From a virus, in the IMG/VR virus record IMGVR_UViG_3300017989_000002: DNA of 64,000 bases; one strand, written 5' to 3'. Positions 22,597-34,322 of this stretch are shown here, piece after piece. Each line of letters starts with the position of its first letter. Position 1 is the stretch's first letter. Both the position numbers and the translations under genes were made by a program. Below the pieces are notes generated by a model, which saw only the letters and a list, made by a program, of their open reading frames with translations, was not told the origin of the DNA and searched no databases.

Positions 22597-22848
22597 ATGC
22601 TGCAAGACGCGTTCGTCGAAGAGATGGAGAAGCTGGCCGCGAGCAGTGCTCTGCCGCCGAAGAAGAAGAAGCTGTCCCGGACGAAGCGCGCCGCCTTGGC
22701 CGCTCCCGCAGTGGGCGGAGTCATCGGCGCAGGGCTCGGCGCAGCCGTCGGGCGCGGCAAAGGGGCCTTCCGCGGCCTCCTGACAGGCTCCGGGGTCGGG
22801 TGGCTGGCTCCTGCCGCCCTGGACGCCAAGAGAGCCCTCCAGGGCTGA
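22597..22848 (+). CDS. Small basic glycine-zipper protein with N-terminal DAFV.EMEK.A motif
   Basis: MLQDAFVEEMEKLA; GGVIGAGLGAAVG. Confidence 0.75.
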   Translation: MLQDAFVEEMEKLAASSALPPKKKKLSRTKRAALAAPAVGGVIGAGLGAAVGRGKGAFRGLLTGSGVGWLAPAALDAKRALQG

Positions 22849-22850
22849 CC

Positions 22851-23315
22851 TCACCGCTTCCCGGCCTTCCTGTCCGCGATCGCCTGCCTGGCGTCGATGG
22901 CCACGGCCTGCCGAGCTGCAGCCGCGAATTCGGGGTGGCTGCTCTCCATCGCCTTCGACACGAGGTCCTTGCCGTCGCCCTTGTACGGCTCGATGAGGTA
23001 GACCTTCTCGACCTCGCGGGCCAGCATCTCGCGCGCCTGGCGCATCCGACGCTGCTCGTCGTTGGAGGGCCCGCCCATTCCGGGGAAGCGGAGGTTCATG
23101 TAGCGGTCGAGGGAGCTGAGGACGGCCTTGTGGTTGTCCTTGGTCGCCCCGGCGTAGGCGAGCGTCTGCAGCGCGGCGGCCTCGATGGCGGACTGCCGCA
23201 GCTTCACCACCATGCACAGCCGCTCCTGGAGCGGCGTGATGTGGGATCGATGGAGGAGACGCTCGTACAGGAGCTCGGCCTGAGCCCAGCCCAGCGGCGT
23301 CTCTAGGAGTTTCCC
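22851..23315 (-). CDS. -1 frameshift extension (GT-type) of the tail-assembly-chaperone-like gene
   Basis: The -1 frame is open from the slippery site (KLLETPLGWAQAELLYERL...) into MVVKLRQ... Confidence 0.7.
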   Translation of the reverse strand, partial: GKLLETPLGWAQAELLYERLLHRSHITPLQERLCMVVKLRQSAIEAAALQTLAYAGATKDNHKAVLSSLDRYMNLRFPGMGGPSNDEQRRMRQAREMLAREVEKVYLIEPYKGDGKDLVSKAMESSHPEFAAAARQAVAIDARQAIADRKAGKR

Positions 23316-24223
23316 AGGCGCTTCACCGTGTCGCCGGTGATGAGCGAGCGGACGCGCCCGCAGAACCAGACGTACTGGGTGATGAAGTCGTGCGAGAGCT
23401 CCTCGGGCTTGTTCGCGAGGAGGTCCATGCGCGCGTCGAGCGCGGCGACGAACGCCTTGAACTCGTTCTCGCCCTGGAACGACTCGAGGTCGTGCCCGAC
23501 GTCGGAGCGGTGGCCCCCGGAGACGTAGGCCTGCAGGGACACCGCCACCTGCCAGAGGGCGAAGGTGTGCTGCTGCTCCAGGTGCGAGTGCTGGGACAGC
23601 CGCTCACGGCCCAGGCGCTCGAGCCACTGCCCCTGCCGAGTCGTGATCGAGCGGAGGACGATGGAGAAGCCGTCGCGGATCGGGATGGTCTGCTCGACGT
23701 AGTTCTTCATCATGAGCTGGGCGAAGTCCATCGGGACGAGGCCTTCCTCGGTGGCGGCCCTCCGCTCCTGGTCCAGCACGGACTTGTACTCGGGGTGCTC
23801 CGGACCGAGGCGGAACATGCGGCGGACCACCTCCTCGTCCTTCTCGTCCTGCACCGCGTTCTGCTGCGCCGTCCACGCCTCGTACTCCCCCATCCAGTAG
23901 GTGAGCATGCGGTCGTCGGCGCCCTCGAGGGACTCCACCTGCTTCGCTGGAGTGGAGGCCTCGCCGGGCAGCTTCCACCGGCCGCTCTTGATGAGCTCGA
24001 TGAGGAACACGCGCGTGTCCTCGATCTCCTGGGCGGCCTTCTGCTGCTGCTCGAGCTCCTGCCGCTGCGCGTCAGGGCTCATCCCACCCATCGCGGCATC
24101 GACGCCCGGGTTCGCGGAGCCAGAGGCGCGCTGCATGTCGGCGTCGCCGGCACCGATGCCGCCCAGCTGAGGAGGGCGGATCGGGCGGCGGCCCGCGAGA
24201 CGAGAGGTCGGACCGTTGCCCAT
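23303..24223 (-). CDS. Putative tail assembly chaperone (G-type), ends ...LGNS*
   Basis: G GGA AAC slippery heptamer at 23309-23315, one codon before TAG. Confidence 0.65.
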   Translation of the reverse strand: MGNGPTSRLAGRRPIRPPQLGGIGAGDADMQRASGSANPGVDAAMGGMSPDAQRQELEQQQKAAQEIEDTRVFLIELIKSGRWKLPGEASTPAKQVESLEGADDRMLTYWMGEYEAWTAQQNAVQDEKDEEVVRRMFRLGPEHPEYKSVLDQERRAATEEGLVPMDFAQLMMKNYVEQTIPIRDGFSIVLRSITTRQGQWLERLGRERLSQHSHLEQQHTFALWQVAVSLQAYVSGGHRSDVGHDLESFQGENEFKAFVAALDARMDLLANKPEELSHDFITQYVWFCGRVRSLITGDTVKRLGNS

Positions 24224-24568
24224 GATGCTGCTCCATTCCAGGTTCTTGGAATCACGGTAGCCTGCGGGGGCGTGCAAATCCAACGCGGGCTGACGCATAA
24301 GTCGTTGAAGGCTAGGAGGTTCCCATGTTCCACGAGATGCCACTGCTGCCTGCCCAAGCCGAGCGGATCTCCGCGGCGGTGCAGGTGCGCAACGAGTCCA
24401 TCTTCAACCAGTCCGCCGCGACGCTGCGCGATCTGTCCGAGGCTGTCCCGGACTGCCCGCTGGAGGTCCTCGTCATCGAGGCGCGCATGAAGCACCTCTC
24501 GGAGCGGCTGGACCGGATGGCGCGCGCCGAGATGGTCGTGTTCCACTGACATCGAGGCGAGGCGGCGT

Positions 24569-24585
24569 CGCATAAGGACTTGGAG
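24569..24585 (+). promoter_or_regulatory. CGCATAAGGACTTGGAG motif
   Basis: Exact 17-mer repeat 14 nt before the ATG at 24600. Confidence 0.7.
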
Positions 24586-24599
24586 ACCTGGAGGTTCCA

Positions 24600-27500
24600 A
24601 TGTCCGAGTGCGACGCCGTCGACGCCGATCCCTTCTTCCTTCGCCTGCATGAGCTGACCCAGCGCTTCCTGCAGAAGCGGAGCAAGTGGGTCGACCTGAA
24701 CGAGGACACGGGCGGTGCCGGCCTGTGCGAGTACGCCAGCCACGAGGTCGTGGGCTTCATGGCGGAATTCGGCCTCGAGGGCGAGGTCCTCGAGCTCTGG
24801 CGACGGGAGTGGTTCAGCCCCGTGTCGGAGCCGTGGAGCGGGCAGATCGAGGCCTGCGAGGGCTACCCCGGCTCGCCTCACTTCGTCGCCGTGTTCCCGC
24901 ACCCTGACGGGCGGCGCGTCGCCGTCGACATCACGGCACGCCAGTTCGGGGAGGACCTGCCCTTCCCCTGGATATGGGCCTCCCCCTCAACGCCGCGGAA
25001 CGTCCCGCCGCCCGAGATCGACCCCCTCAACGCCGTCGGGGGCGACATCTCACCGCTTGCCCGGGACCCGGCCGCGGACCCCCGAGTCGGGGATGTGTGC
25101 CCCTCCAGAAGGATGCCTGGCACGTACGAGATCGTGTCACACGTCGGCCCCGACCACGTCACCACCCGATGGGCCTCGGAAGGCCCTGACGGCGTGTGGC
25201 GGGGGGACGGCGTGATGCCCTTCCGCACCCCTCACGACCTCTGGCCGCCGGTGGACGGAGGTGGCTTCGTACAGCGCGCCGAAGATCTCGACGACCCCCA
25301 AGCGGCTGCGGAGAGCATGGACTGGCGCGCGTTTCGAGCGCCCCCCACCGACTGGGGAGGTTCCTGAACGCCAGAACACCCCCGGAGAGTGACAGATGAC
25401 CTACCCCAAGCCCCCCGAGAAGGGCGAGTGGCTGATCTTGCGCCAGAGCTGGTTCGGGCCCGACCCAGAGACCTACGAGCACCGGAAGCACACGCAGCGC
25501 GTTCTCGTCCAGGTCCACTTCGTCTACCGCAACGGCCGCTTCCAGGTCCGCGACGGAGGCGGCGAGGGCGCCAAGTACATGGTGAGCCGCAACGGCACCG
25601 TCACCAGCGGGAGCTACCGCGGCTTCTGCAGCATCATCATCCGTTCGGGCGCCTTCGTGCGCGCCGACCCCGCCGACATCCCCCAGGAGAACCCATCATG
25701 ACCCCAGCCACGCAAGCAGCCGTCGAGCAGGTCCTCGGACCGCGCGCCACCTTCGTCATCATCCGTGCCTTCGAGCAGATGGACCGGGTCGAGAACCACC
25801 TCAAGGACATCGGCTACGGGCCCGGCGCCAACCAGGGGCTCTCCAAGCCCGTGAACTTCAGCGCGTTCCGGGCCAGTCCCCCCATCGAGGACCTGCCCTA
25901 CTTCGTGTACGTCGCCCACGTCCGCGAGCTCGCACACCGCCTGACGACGCCGGAGCCGGACTTCTCGAAGCCCACCCACGCCGAGGTGATGGCCGCCATG
26001 TACAAGGCGTGGTGCGCGACGCCCGGACCCGACACGGACTACCCGAAGTTCATGGGCCAGCGCGCCATCGAGGTGATGACCGCTACCTTCGACGTCGTGC
26101 TCTACATCGGCAAGCTGGCCCACAACGAGTGGCAGCGCGGAACGCTGGGCACGCTGACCCGCTACGACGTCGTCGAGCTCGAGGCCCGGCAGGCCGAGGC
26201 CCGCGAGTTCGTGCGCCGCTTCTTCACCGAGGACCGCACCCACGTCCGGGAGGCGCGATGATCGTCGCAGTCTCGGGCGGCCGGAAGTTCCACGACGGCG
26301 CGACGCTCTGGACGGCCCTGGACGAGATCAAGGAGCGGGACGGCATCACCCTGCTCATCCTCGGCGGCGCGAAGGGTGCTGACACCAGCGCCCAGCGGTG
26401 GGCGGAGGCCCGCCAGGTCCCGCACCTCGTCATCCCCGCGCCGTGGGACCGCATGGGCAAGCGCGCCGGCATCGCCAGGAACGGCTGGATGCTCAGCCCC
26501 ACCCTCATCGACCTTCCTGCCTACGAGGTGGACCTCCTGGTCTACGTCCACGGCGGGCGGGGCACCGCCGACGCGGTGCAGCAGGCGCGTGCCATCGGCG
26601 TGCGCACCTGGACCCCCTACCCCGAACTCGACACCTGGCCGGAGGCCACATGATCCGTCTCGAAGTCATCGATCCCGACACCCACCACTTCACCGTCAGC
26701 GGGGACCAGCCCTTCCGTACCGAGACGACCGAGCTGCCCACCGGGCCCATCTGCTTCGTCTACCCGGGCGCGCTGAAGGACCCCGAGCAGGAGCCTGTGG
26801 GTACCTACGACGCCAGCCTCCCCGCCAAGGAGCGCGTCTCCTGGACCTGGCGCAGCTCCGCCGAGGAGTCGCCGTGAAGCAGCACCTCGAGAGACTCCTG
26901 CGCCGACAGCGCGGCGGCCGCCACTACCAGGCCGAGATCGGCAGCATCGTGGCCAAGCTGACCGAAGCGGAAGCCGAGGCCCTCTACCGGCTCATCACCA
27001 GCTCGAACGACGACGCGAAGGCCGATGGCAAGCGAGCCCAGGCCCGTCAGCCCTGGAGGCGCCCATGAAGCTCACCGTCACCCTCACCGAAGCCGACCTC
27101 AAGGAGGCCGTCGCCGCTCTGCTGAAGCAGAAGTTCGACGACGCCGAGGTCACGAACGTCCACCTCAGCGCGAGCGCGACCTACGACCGGATGGATCGGC
27201 CCACCGGCGGCCACACCATCTCGGCCAAGGCCGACATCGACCAGACCCCGAAGGAGTCCTGATGCACACCCGCTACACCCACGAGAAGCACCTGTGCGCC
27301 GACGCCATCGTCGTGCAGGACGCCTGCAACCTCAGCGCCGTCCTCGGGGCCATGCGCGACGGCGCCGTGTTCCTCAACAAGGCCGGCCTCGACACCGACG
27401 CCATCCGCGCCCACCCGGCCATGGTGATGTTCGGCTCCAAGGTCGCGCACCTGACGGGCATCCAGGCCGACGAGGGCACGAAGTTCGCGGAGGCGAGGGT

Positions 27501-29253
27501 CGCCGCGAGCATGAAGCTCGACATCGGCGCGGAAGGCGACTTCCTCACCACCGAGGATGCGCGCCCGTCTCTCCTTGCCTGGCGCTCGAAGGCTCCGCAC
27601 TACCGCGTGGCCGAGATCGGCGACTACGACGCCGGCGACGGCGCGCGGTTCCACCTGGAGCACCAGCCGAGCTGCTACCGGCGAGGGCCTCACAAGCTCA
27701 TCCTCGAGATCGCCAGCGGCAAGCGGCACCACTGGTGGGGCTGCTTCGACGACGCCGACGCCCCGCTGCGCTGGTACCACGACGTGGCGGTCGCACAGTC
27801 CGAGGCGCAGCGCATCGCCGACGTCCTGTGGGCCGACCGCATCAAGCACAGCCCGCTCCCGGGGGAGAAGTGACCACCGTCACGCTCACCGGTGGCCAGG
27901 AGGTCGACGTTCACCTCCTGGCCACCGGCCCCGCGGAGCTCACCTTCGACAACAAGGTCACCAAGCACGTGTTCACAGCGCAGGACGCGACCGTGTCCGA
28001 CGTCGTGGTCGAGCGCCTCGTCGACTACGCCCACAAGCGACTGTGCGATCTCGGGTTCATGTCCGTCAGCATCCCGGCCAGCTGGAAGGTCTCCGTCGAG
28101 ACACTCGACGGAGACAAGAAGCCCAGCCAGCGCTCCTTCAACGTCTACTTCACCAACCACGCCGGCGGCACCGTCGGCGTCACGCAGATCTACACGAGGA
28201 GCGGCTGGCCCTTCCTCGACCACGGACTCTGCATCGAGGAGCGTCCCCGATGACCCACACCGACTCCTGGACCCGCGAGGAGCTCTACGCCAGCGGAGCC
28301 TACCGCTTCCCGCCGCCCCCCGTCCCAACCGCGGGGTGGGGCGACGCCGCCTGGATCCGCTTCATCGACCGCGACGGGTCGTGGATCGCCTACGCGGCTC
28401 GCGCGCTGGCCGACCCACACATCCGCCCCTACGACACCCGACGCTTCCTGCAGAAGGACGAAGCCCAGGCCTACGTGGACACGCTCCACGCGTGCTTGGG
28501 CTCCCACTTCGAGGTCATCCGCGTCGGGATCAAGCCCAAGGAGGTCCCGGTGACCGACCCCAAGAAGAAGTACGTCCCCGAGGACGACCCGATGCTGGAG
28601 GAGGCCCTCAGCTGGCTCCAGTGGGCCGGGTACGACGGCGTCACCCTCATCAGCCACACCGTCCGCAAGGGCGTCCACCTGTTCCGGGGGAAGCGCCGCG
28701 GCAACGCGGTCCGCAAGCTCACTCCCGAGCGCATCAACCTCAAGCACCCGCCCTCCGACACGCTCCGCCTGGTGGCGATCGTGGAGGACGGCCGCATCCG
28801 TCGTCTCGAGGAGATCACCACCTCGGAGCGCAAGCACATCCAGAACACGGGCAAGCTGCCCGAACGCCTCGGAGACCTCGCATGACCCCCACCAAGTTCA
28901 CCATCCCCGCCGAGTCCCGCGCCCTGTGGGACGTCATCCAGCGCGAGCTCGAGGCGCAGGCATCGGAGTGCCCCGTCATCCTCATCACCGTCCGCGGTGA
29001 GCGGGTCGACGAGGTGCCAGCCTCCTGTGACATCGAGTGCACGCGCTACGATGACGTGCTCCTGGTGCAGCGCGAGACCGAGGTCGTGCGCGCGGCGACG
29101 TGGGGCTCCCCGCTCGAGGCGCTGAAGCACTACCTCACGAATGCGGACCTGAGCACGGTGCTCGAGGCGCTCATCGCCGACGAGCAGAGCCAGGTCACGA
29201 CCGGCATCGAGATGTTGTGCTCCGACATCCGCGCGCACCTGGCTCGCGGGTGA
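24600..29253 (+). other. Run of co-oriented small hypothetical ORFs
   Basis: Overlapping start and stop codons, GGAG(G) RBSs. Confidence 0.6.
26258..26653 (+). CDS. SLOG family / DUF2493 protein
   Basis: VSGGR, GGAKGAD, AGIARN..ML, GGRGT. Confidence 0.85.
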   Translation: MIVAVSGGRKFHDGATLWTALDEIKERDGITLLILGGAKGADTSAQRWAEARQVPHLVIPAPWDRMGKRAGIARNGWMLSPTLIDLPAYEVDLLVYVHGGRGTADAVQQARAIGVRTWTPYPELDTWPEAT

Positions 29254-29258
29254 CAGCG

Positions 29259-29286
29259 CGCCCCGCTCCCTACCGGGGGCGGGGCG
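29259..29286. terminator. Hairpin between convergent genes
   Basis: CGCCCCGCTCCC-TACC-GGGGGCGGGGCG. Confidence 0.7.
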
Positions 29287-29308
29287 TCAGCCCCTCGGCT
29301 CCTCTTCG

Positions 29309-30025
29309 CTACCGAAGGCCGGCGTGCTCGAGGGCAGGACCGAAGTACTTGCGGTGCGCGATGTGGCGCTGCAAGGGCAGGAGGAACCCGAGGTCCGTGC
29401 CACTCCCGTCGTGGAACTTCTTGTTGGTGCGGCCGCGGTCGGAGCGGTACAGCACGGCCGACGTCTGGCCCTCCCACCGGGCAAGTCCCCGCTCGATGGC
29501 GTCCGGCTTCCACGTGGAGTCTGCTCCGCCGTAGCCGACGAAGACGGGTAGCGACAGCCCGGCCTCGGCCATGAACTGGACCCGTCCGGTGCCACAGAAC
29601 ATGGTCAGGCTCACCGCGTTCGGATCTCGGGTGACGGCACAGCTCGCGCCGACCGTGCCTGCGCTGAAGCCCATCCAGTGCGTCGGGACGTCGGGGCGCA
29701 GGAGCTGGAACTCCCGGACAGCGTTGACGATCGGCATGACGTACCGCTCGATCTCGTCCGGCTCGACGATGGGTCCGCCGTCCTCGACGGCGTCCCAGTT
29801 GTCTCCCGGCGACTTGAGTGTCAGGACCGCGTGCCCGGCATCGAGCAGCATCTGGACCAGCTCGGCCTTGTGGCCCTGGGCCCCATCACCGTCGAGGTCC
29901 TTGCCGTGCCAGTCGGAGTTCTGGTTGTTGCCGTGCAGCAGCACGACGAGGTCGCGGAAGGCCCCACCATCGTGAGGCAGGGGACCGGGGGTGGCGAGAG
30001 GGGCGAGGTGCTCGAAGGAATTCAT
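29309..30025 (-). CDS. Alpha/beta-hydrolase (esterase-like)
   Basis: VVLLHG, GFSAG nucleophile elbow, GGAD and a late His. Confidence 0.7.
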   Translation of the reverse strand: MNSFEHLAPLATPGPLPHDGGAFRDLVVLLHGNNQNSDWHGKDLDGDGAQGHKAELVQMLLDAGHAVLTLKSPGDNWDAVEDGGPIVEPDEIERYVMPIVNAVREFQLLRPDVPTHWMGFSAGTVGASCAVTRDPNAVSLTMFCGTGRVQFMAEAGLSLPVFVGYGGADSTWKPDAIERGLARWEGQTSAVLYRSDRGRTNKKFHDGSGTDLGFLLPLQRHIAHRKYFGPALEHAGLR

Positions 30026-30130
30026 GGAAGGCTCCTGGAGGGCTCCTGCTCCCCTAACCTCACCCGGTACTGAGCCACGAATCAGTCGAGGAGGGGTCGT
30101 TGCCACGCGCGTAGGAATGCCCGCAGACGT

Positions 30131-30147
30131 CGCATAAGGACTTGGAG
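30131..30147 (+). promoter_or_regulatory. CGCATAAGGACTTGGAG motif
   Basis: Exact 17-mer at the head of a plus-strand block. Confidence 0.7.
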
Positions 30148-30180
30148 GCAGCGAGCCTTCAGCACATTCCCGGAGCCCTC

Positions 30181-30921
30181 ATGTTCGACCACGCCCTTCA
30201 GGACTACGACGTCCTGCGCATCACCCGCCGCCTTCCTTCCGAGGTCGTCGACGTCCTCAAGGCCTACCCAGAAGAGGTGTTCCTCACCGGCGGCTTCATC
30301 CGCTCCGTCGTCGCCGGCGAGGTCATCAACGACATCGACCTGATCGTCAAGGACATCCACGTGGCCGGCGTCGTCGCGGGCCAGCTGCAGGGCAGCAGCA
30401 AGAAGAAGGTGGTGAAGACCGACAACGCCTACACCATCACCCGCTTCCGCCCGGCCGTGCAGGTCATCCATCGATGGACCTACGACAGCGCGGCAGCCTG
30501 CCTGGCCGAGTTCGACTTCACCATCGCGTGCTCGGCCCTGTGGTGGGCGGAGAAGGCCAACGGCGGGAAGGGGGCCTGGTTCTCGCTGTGCCACTCCGAC
30601 TTCTACGCCGACCTCGCGGCCAAGCGGCTGGTGTACCTCGCGCCCAAGCGCCACGAGGACGCCGGCGGCTCCATGCTGCGCCTCCTGAAGTTCTACCGCC
30701 GCGGCTACACGGCGCCGCTGACCACCGTCGCCGGCGTCATCACCCGCACGGTCGCGGGCGTGCAGGACCGCGCCCTCGTCCGGTGGGCGGACGAAGACCT
30801 CGAGGACGAGGACATCGCCCGCTACGTCACCGGCCTCCTGCACGAGGTCGACCCCGACATCGACCCCGACCACATCGTCCACGAGCCCGGCACGCCGAAG
30901 GTCTCGGCGGAGGAAGCATGA
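30181..30921 (+). CDS. Pol-beta-superfamily nucleotidyltransferase (phage type)
   Basis: LTGGFIRS...NDIDL, FDFT, RLLKF.RRGY. Confidence 0.75.
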   Translation: MFDHALQDYDVLRITRRLPSEVVDVLKAYPEEVFLTGGFIRSVVAGEVINDIDLIVKDIHVAGVVAGQLQGSSKKKVVKTDNAYTITRFRPAVQVIHRWTYDSAAACLAEFDFTIACSALWWAEKANGGKGAWFSLCHSDFYADLAAKRLVYLAPKRHEDAGGSMLRLLKFYRRGYTAPLTTVAGVITRTVAGVQDRALVRWADEDLEDEDIARYVTGLLHEVDPDIDPDHIVHEPGTPKVSAEEA

Positions 30922-33503
30922 ACGACACCCAACTCTGCGTCGCCATGGCCCGCACGCTCTACGTGTGCTGGATGGCCGACGCCCACGACGACACCGACGA
31001 CGCCTTCGACGCCGACGACCAGGCGGCGGGGGCGCGGCAGGACTGGATGACCACCGTCGACGACCCGCCCAGCAACGGCGAGGCGTGGGAGGAGGCGCTC
31101 ATCACCGCCGGCCAGGTCTACCAGAGCTACACGAACGCCTGGGGCGTGGCGCCCTTCTACGTCCTGCACAAGGCCGAGCGAGACCCCGCCGCATGGGCGC
31201 ACGGCGCGATGATGAGCTCGATGGGCCACGGGGTGTGCTGGCGGGATGATGGTCCCCTCGAAGCGCCCTTCGACACCAAGCGGTTCAAGAAGGGGCAGGA
31301 GCTTCCGGTGCCGGACGGCGTCGCGGAGCACGTGGAGAACCCCTTCCGCCTCGGCCCCGCAACGGAGGAAGAATGAGCTGGAACGACACGAAGGTCATCG
31401 ACACGGTGGCCACCTACCCCACTGCCTGCGTGAACGCGGCCCTCGTCAAGCAGGTGGGCGACCGGTTCCGCGGCCAGCTCTTGGTGGGGGCGTCCTTCGT
31501 GGACACCACGGATGCCCCCGTCGACAGCGTGCACGAGGCGAAGTGGAGCACGGGCTTCCCGCCCGACGGCTCCACCTGGCGGGAGATGTACACGCGTCGC
31601 GCCGAGCTCGCCTCCGGTGCCGTCACCGAGACCACGCGCCGCAGGATCCGCAACCTCACCGCCTCGATGAAGAAGCACCCGGACCACCCTGGAGGGGACT
31701 GATGCCTGCACGATTCCGCCTGTTCGACCACCCCGAGGGGGGTGCCGACCGCTACTTCCTGGTGGACAGCCGCCCCTACTCGGTGCGGGAGCACCGAGGC
31801 CCCTGGCGCGTGGCCCTGTCCTTCAACCGGGTTCCCTACCACCCCAGCTGCGGCATCGGGCTCCACGTCGAGCTCGACGCCAGGGACTGGGGCAACGCCC
31901 TCGTCCACCGCTTCCGAAACTGGGGCAAGCGCATCAAGCTCGACGACATGGGCGAGGACGCGAAGGACGCCGCTCACTGCGCCATCAACTTCGTTCAGGA
32001 GTGCTTTGAGGAAGAGAGCCGGACGTACCGGCAGCTCGCCGAGTTCCTCAAGTCCACGGGCCGCGCCAAGGACATCGTCGCCCAAGCCCACGCCGACCCG
32101 CGCGCTGCGCGGATCCTCCGCACCCTCCTCAAGGAGCCCTCGCCATGACCGCCGCACTCATCCACGTCACCAACTGCGCCTTCCAGCGGAACCCCGTCGA
32201 GGACGGGCGCTTCATCGTCTACTCCTTCAACCGGCGACACGCCTCGTTCAAGGACCCGGAGGAGCTCGGCCTCGGGCCCCCCGACGACGAGGGCAACCCG
32301 ACCATCCTCAACAAGGATCTCCGCGCCAAGTTCGACGCCGGCCTGGCCTACGTCCTGTCCTACGAGGAGCACGGCCGCTGCCGGTGGTTCCTCGCCGGCG
32401 GCAGCGTCGACCAGTGGGACGGAGCACGCGTCGCCGGCGTCCTCGTTCTCCATCTCGACGACGACGCCCTGGACGCAGTCGTTGAGGATGACGCGGCCAA
32501 CTACCTGGAGGGAGTCGCGCGCGCCGAGATCGAGATCTACACCGCCTGGTGCAACGGCGATGTCTACGACGCCGAGGTCTACATCAACGGGAAGCGCGAA
32601 GACCGCTGCGACTGCCTGTACGGGCAGGACCACGTCACCGCGTGGGCCGAGGACATGGTCCTGGCCAGCGAGGCTACCTCCTACGAGATCACCTGGCCCT
32701 GGGAGGACTGGACAGAGCCCTGCCTCCTGGAGGCCCACCCCAGCCGGAAGGGCGAGGTCATCCGGCGCGGCGAGGTGAGCCTCACGGTGCTCGCGCACTA
32801 CTCGACCCCGGAGAACCTGATGGTGGAGCAGACGGACCCGTGGCGCTGGCCGAAGGGCGGACGTTCCTACCTCATCTCGGCCGCTCACCTCGACGCCTGG
32901 GAGCGCGGGGAAGGGGAGGACGACCCCGACGATGCGGGGCGCAGCTACCGCGAGCAGCGGAAGAGCGCCTGGTGACCCGCTACGCCTACCCACGGAGCGG
33001 GAGCTCTGTGGGACACAACCCGAGGAGAAGAACGATGGCACGACGAGACGAACCCTTCGAGATCTGCGACGCCCTGCTGATGCACGAGCGGCCCACCTCG
33101 ATCAAGATCTCCAGCGAGCAGCTCGGAGACGAGCCGGTGTGGCTGCCGCTGAGCCAGGTCATCGACCGCTCCGAGATCCCGGAGGAGGGCGACACCGGCA
33201 CCATCACCATCACCGAGTGGCTCGCCATCGAGCGGGGGTGGGACTGATGGGGGACTACGACCGTCTCGCTGCCGACGACGGCCCAGTCGGGCGAGAAGAC
33301 CTCGTGCCGTCCGGCGCCGGACCCGAGAGCCCGCTCAAGCCTGACCTGGGCCGGTTCGACGACTGGTCGCGGGGCCAGCTCATCTCCCGCATCAAGCAGC
33401 TCGAGCAGCAGCTCAGCAAGGCCAACTCCGACGCGGCCTACGACCGCGAACACCTCACCGAACTTCGACGCCGGGACTCCGGCGGCTACCAAGGGAACTT
33501 CTG

Positions 33504-34322
33504 ATGGACGACAACCCCTTCCTCACCGGCCTCATCGCGCTGGCCAACTACTCGATGCAGTTCAGCCGCGTCGAGCGCATCACCTTCCACCCCGACGGGG
33601 TCCGGCCCGAGACCGACTCCGACCACACCGTCATGCTGCAGCTCCTGGCGACCACGGCCGCCATCGAGCTCAATGGCGCGGAACCGGAGGTGTGGGATCT
33701 GCCGCTTCTGGACGTGCCGAAGGTGACGAGGTTCGCTCTCGTGCACGACCTGGTCGAAGGCTACGCCGGCGACACGCCCAGCTACCGCATCGACGATGCC
33801 GCGGCGGAGGAGAAGGACGCCCGGGAGGCTCGCGCACTGGCGCGCATCGAGCACCGCTTCCACGACGTCGCCTCCTGGATGGTGGACGCCATCAAGGCCT
33901 ACGAGGCCCAGGAAGTCCCCGAGGCGCGCTTCGTCCGTCTCATGGACAAGATGCTGCCCAAGGTCACGCACACGCTCAACTACGGCGTCACCGTCCGGCA
34001 CCAGGGCGACGACGCCGAGGGCCTGCGAGAAGCGCTCACCCTTCAGCGCGCCAAGCTGCTGGCCGAGTACCCCGAGTTCGAGCAGCTGTTCGTCCTCCTG
34101 TTCGATGACCTGGCCGACCGCGCCGTCGCCGCCATGGGTGGACCACTCGAGGGCGATGAGGCCATCGACAACACCAAGGAGTGGGTCGAGGATGGCTTCC
34201 GCGAGGCGGAACGCCGGATGGCTGTCCTGCAGCAGGTCTGCCCCGCACGTCCCGGCACCGGCTGGGGCATCTCCATGAACGGTCGCCTGACCGAGTACCT
34301 CACCTCCACCGAGGAGTCCTGA
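33504..34322 (+). CDS. HD-domain hydrolase (YfbR-like 5'-deoxynucleotidase)
   Basis: ETDSDHT, ALVHDLVEGYAGD, KDARE, EARFV...DK. Confidence 0.85.
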   Translation: MDDNPFLTGLIALANYSMQFSRVERITFHPDGVRPETDSDHTVMLQLLATTAAIELNGAEPEVWDLPLLDVPKVTRFALVHDLVEGYAGDTPSYRIDDAAAEEKDAREARALARIEHRFHDVASWMVDAIKAYEAQEVPEARFVRLMDKMLPKVTHTLNYGVTVRHQGDDAEGLREALTLQRAKLLAEYPEFEQLFVLLFDDLADRAVAAMGGPLEGDEAIDNTKEWVEDGFREAERRMAVLQQVCPARPGTGWGISMNGRLTEYLTSTEES

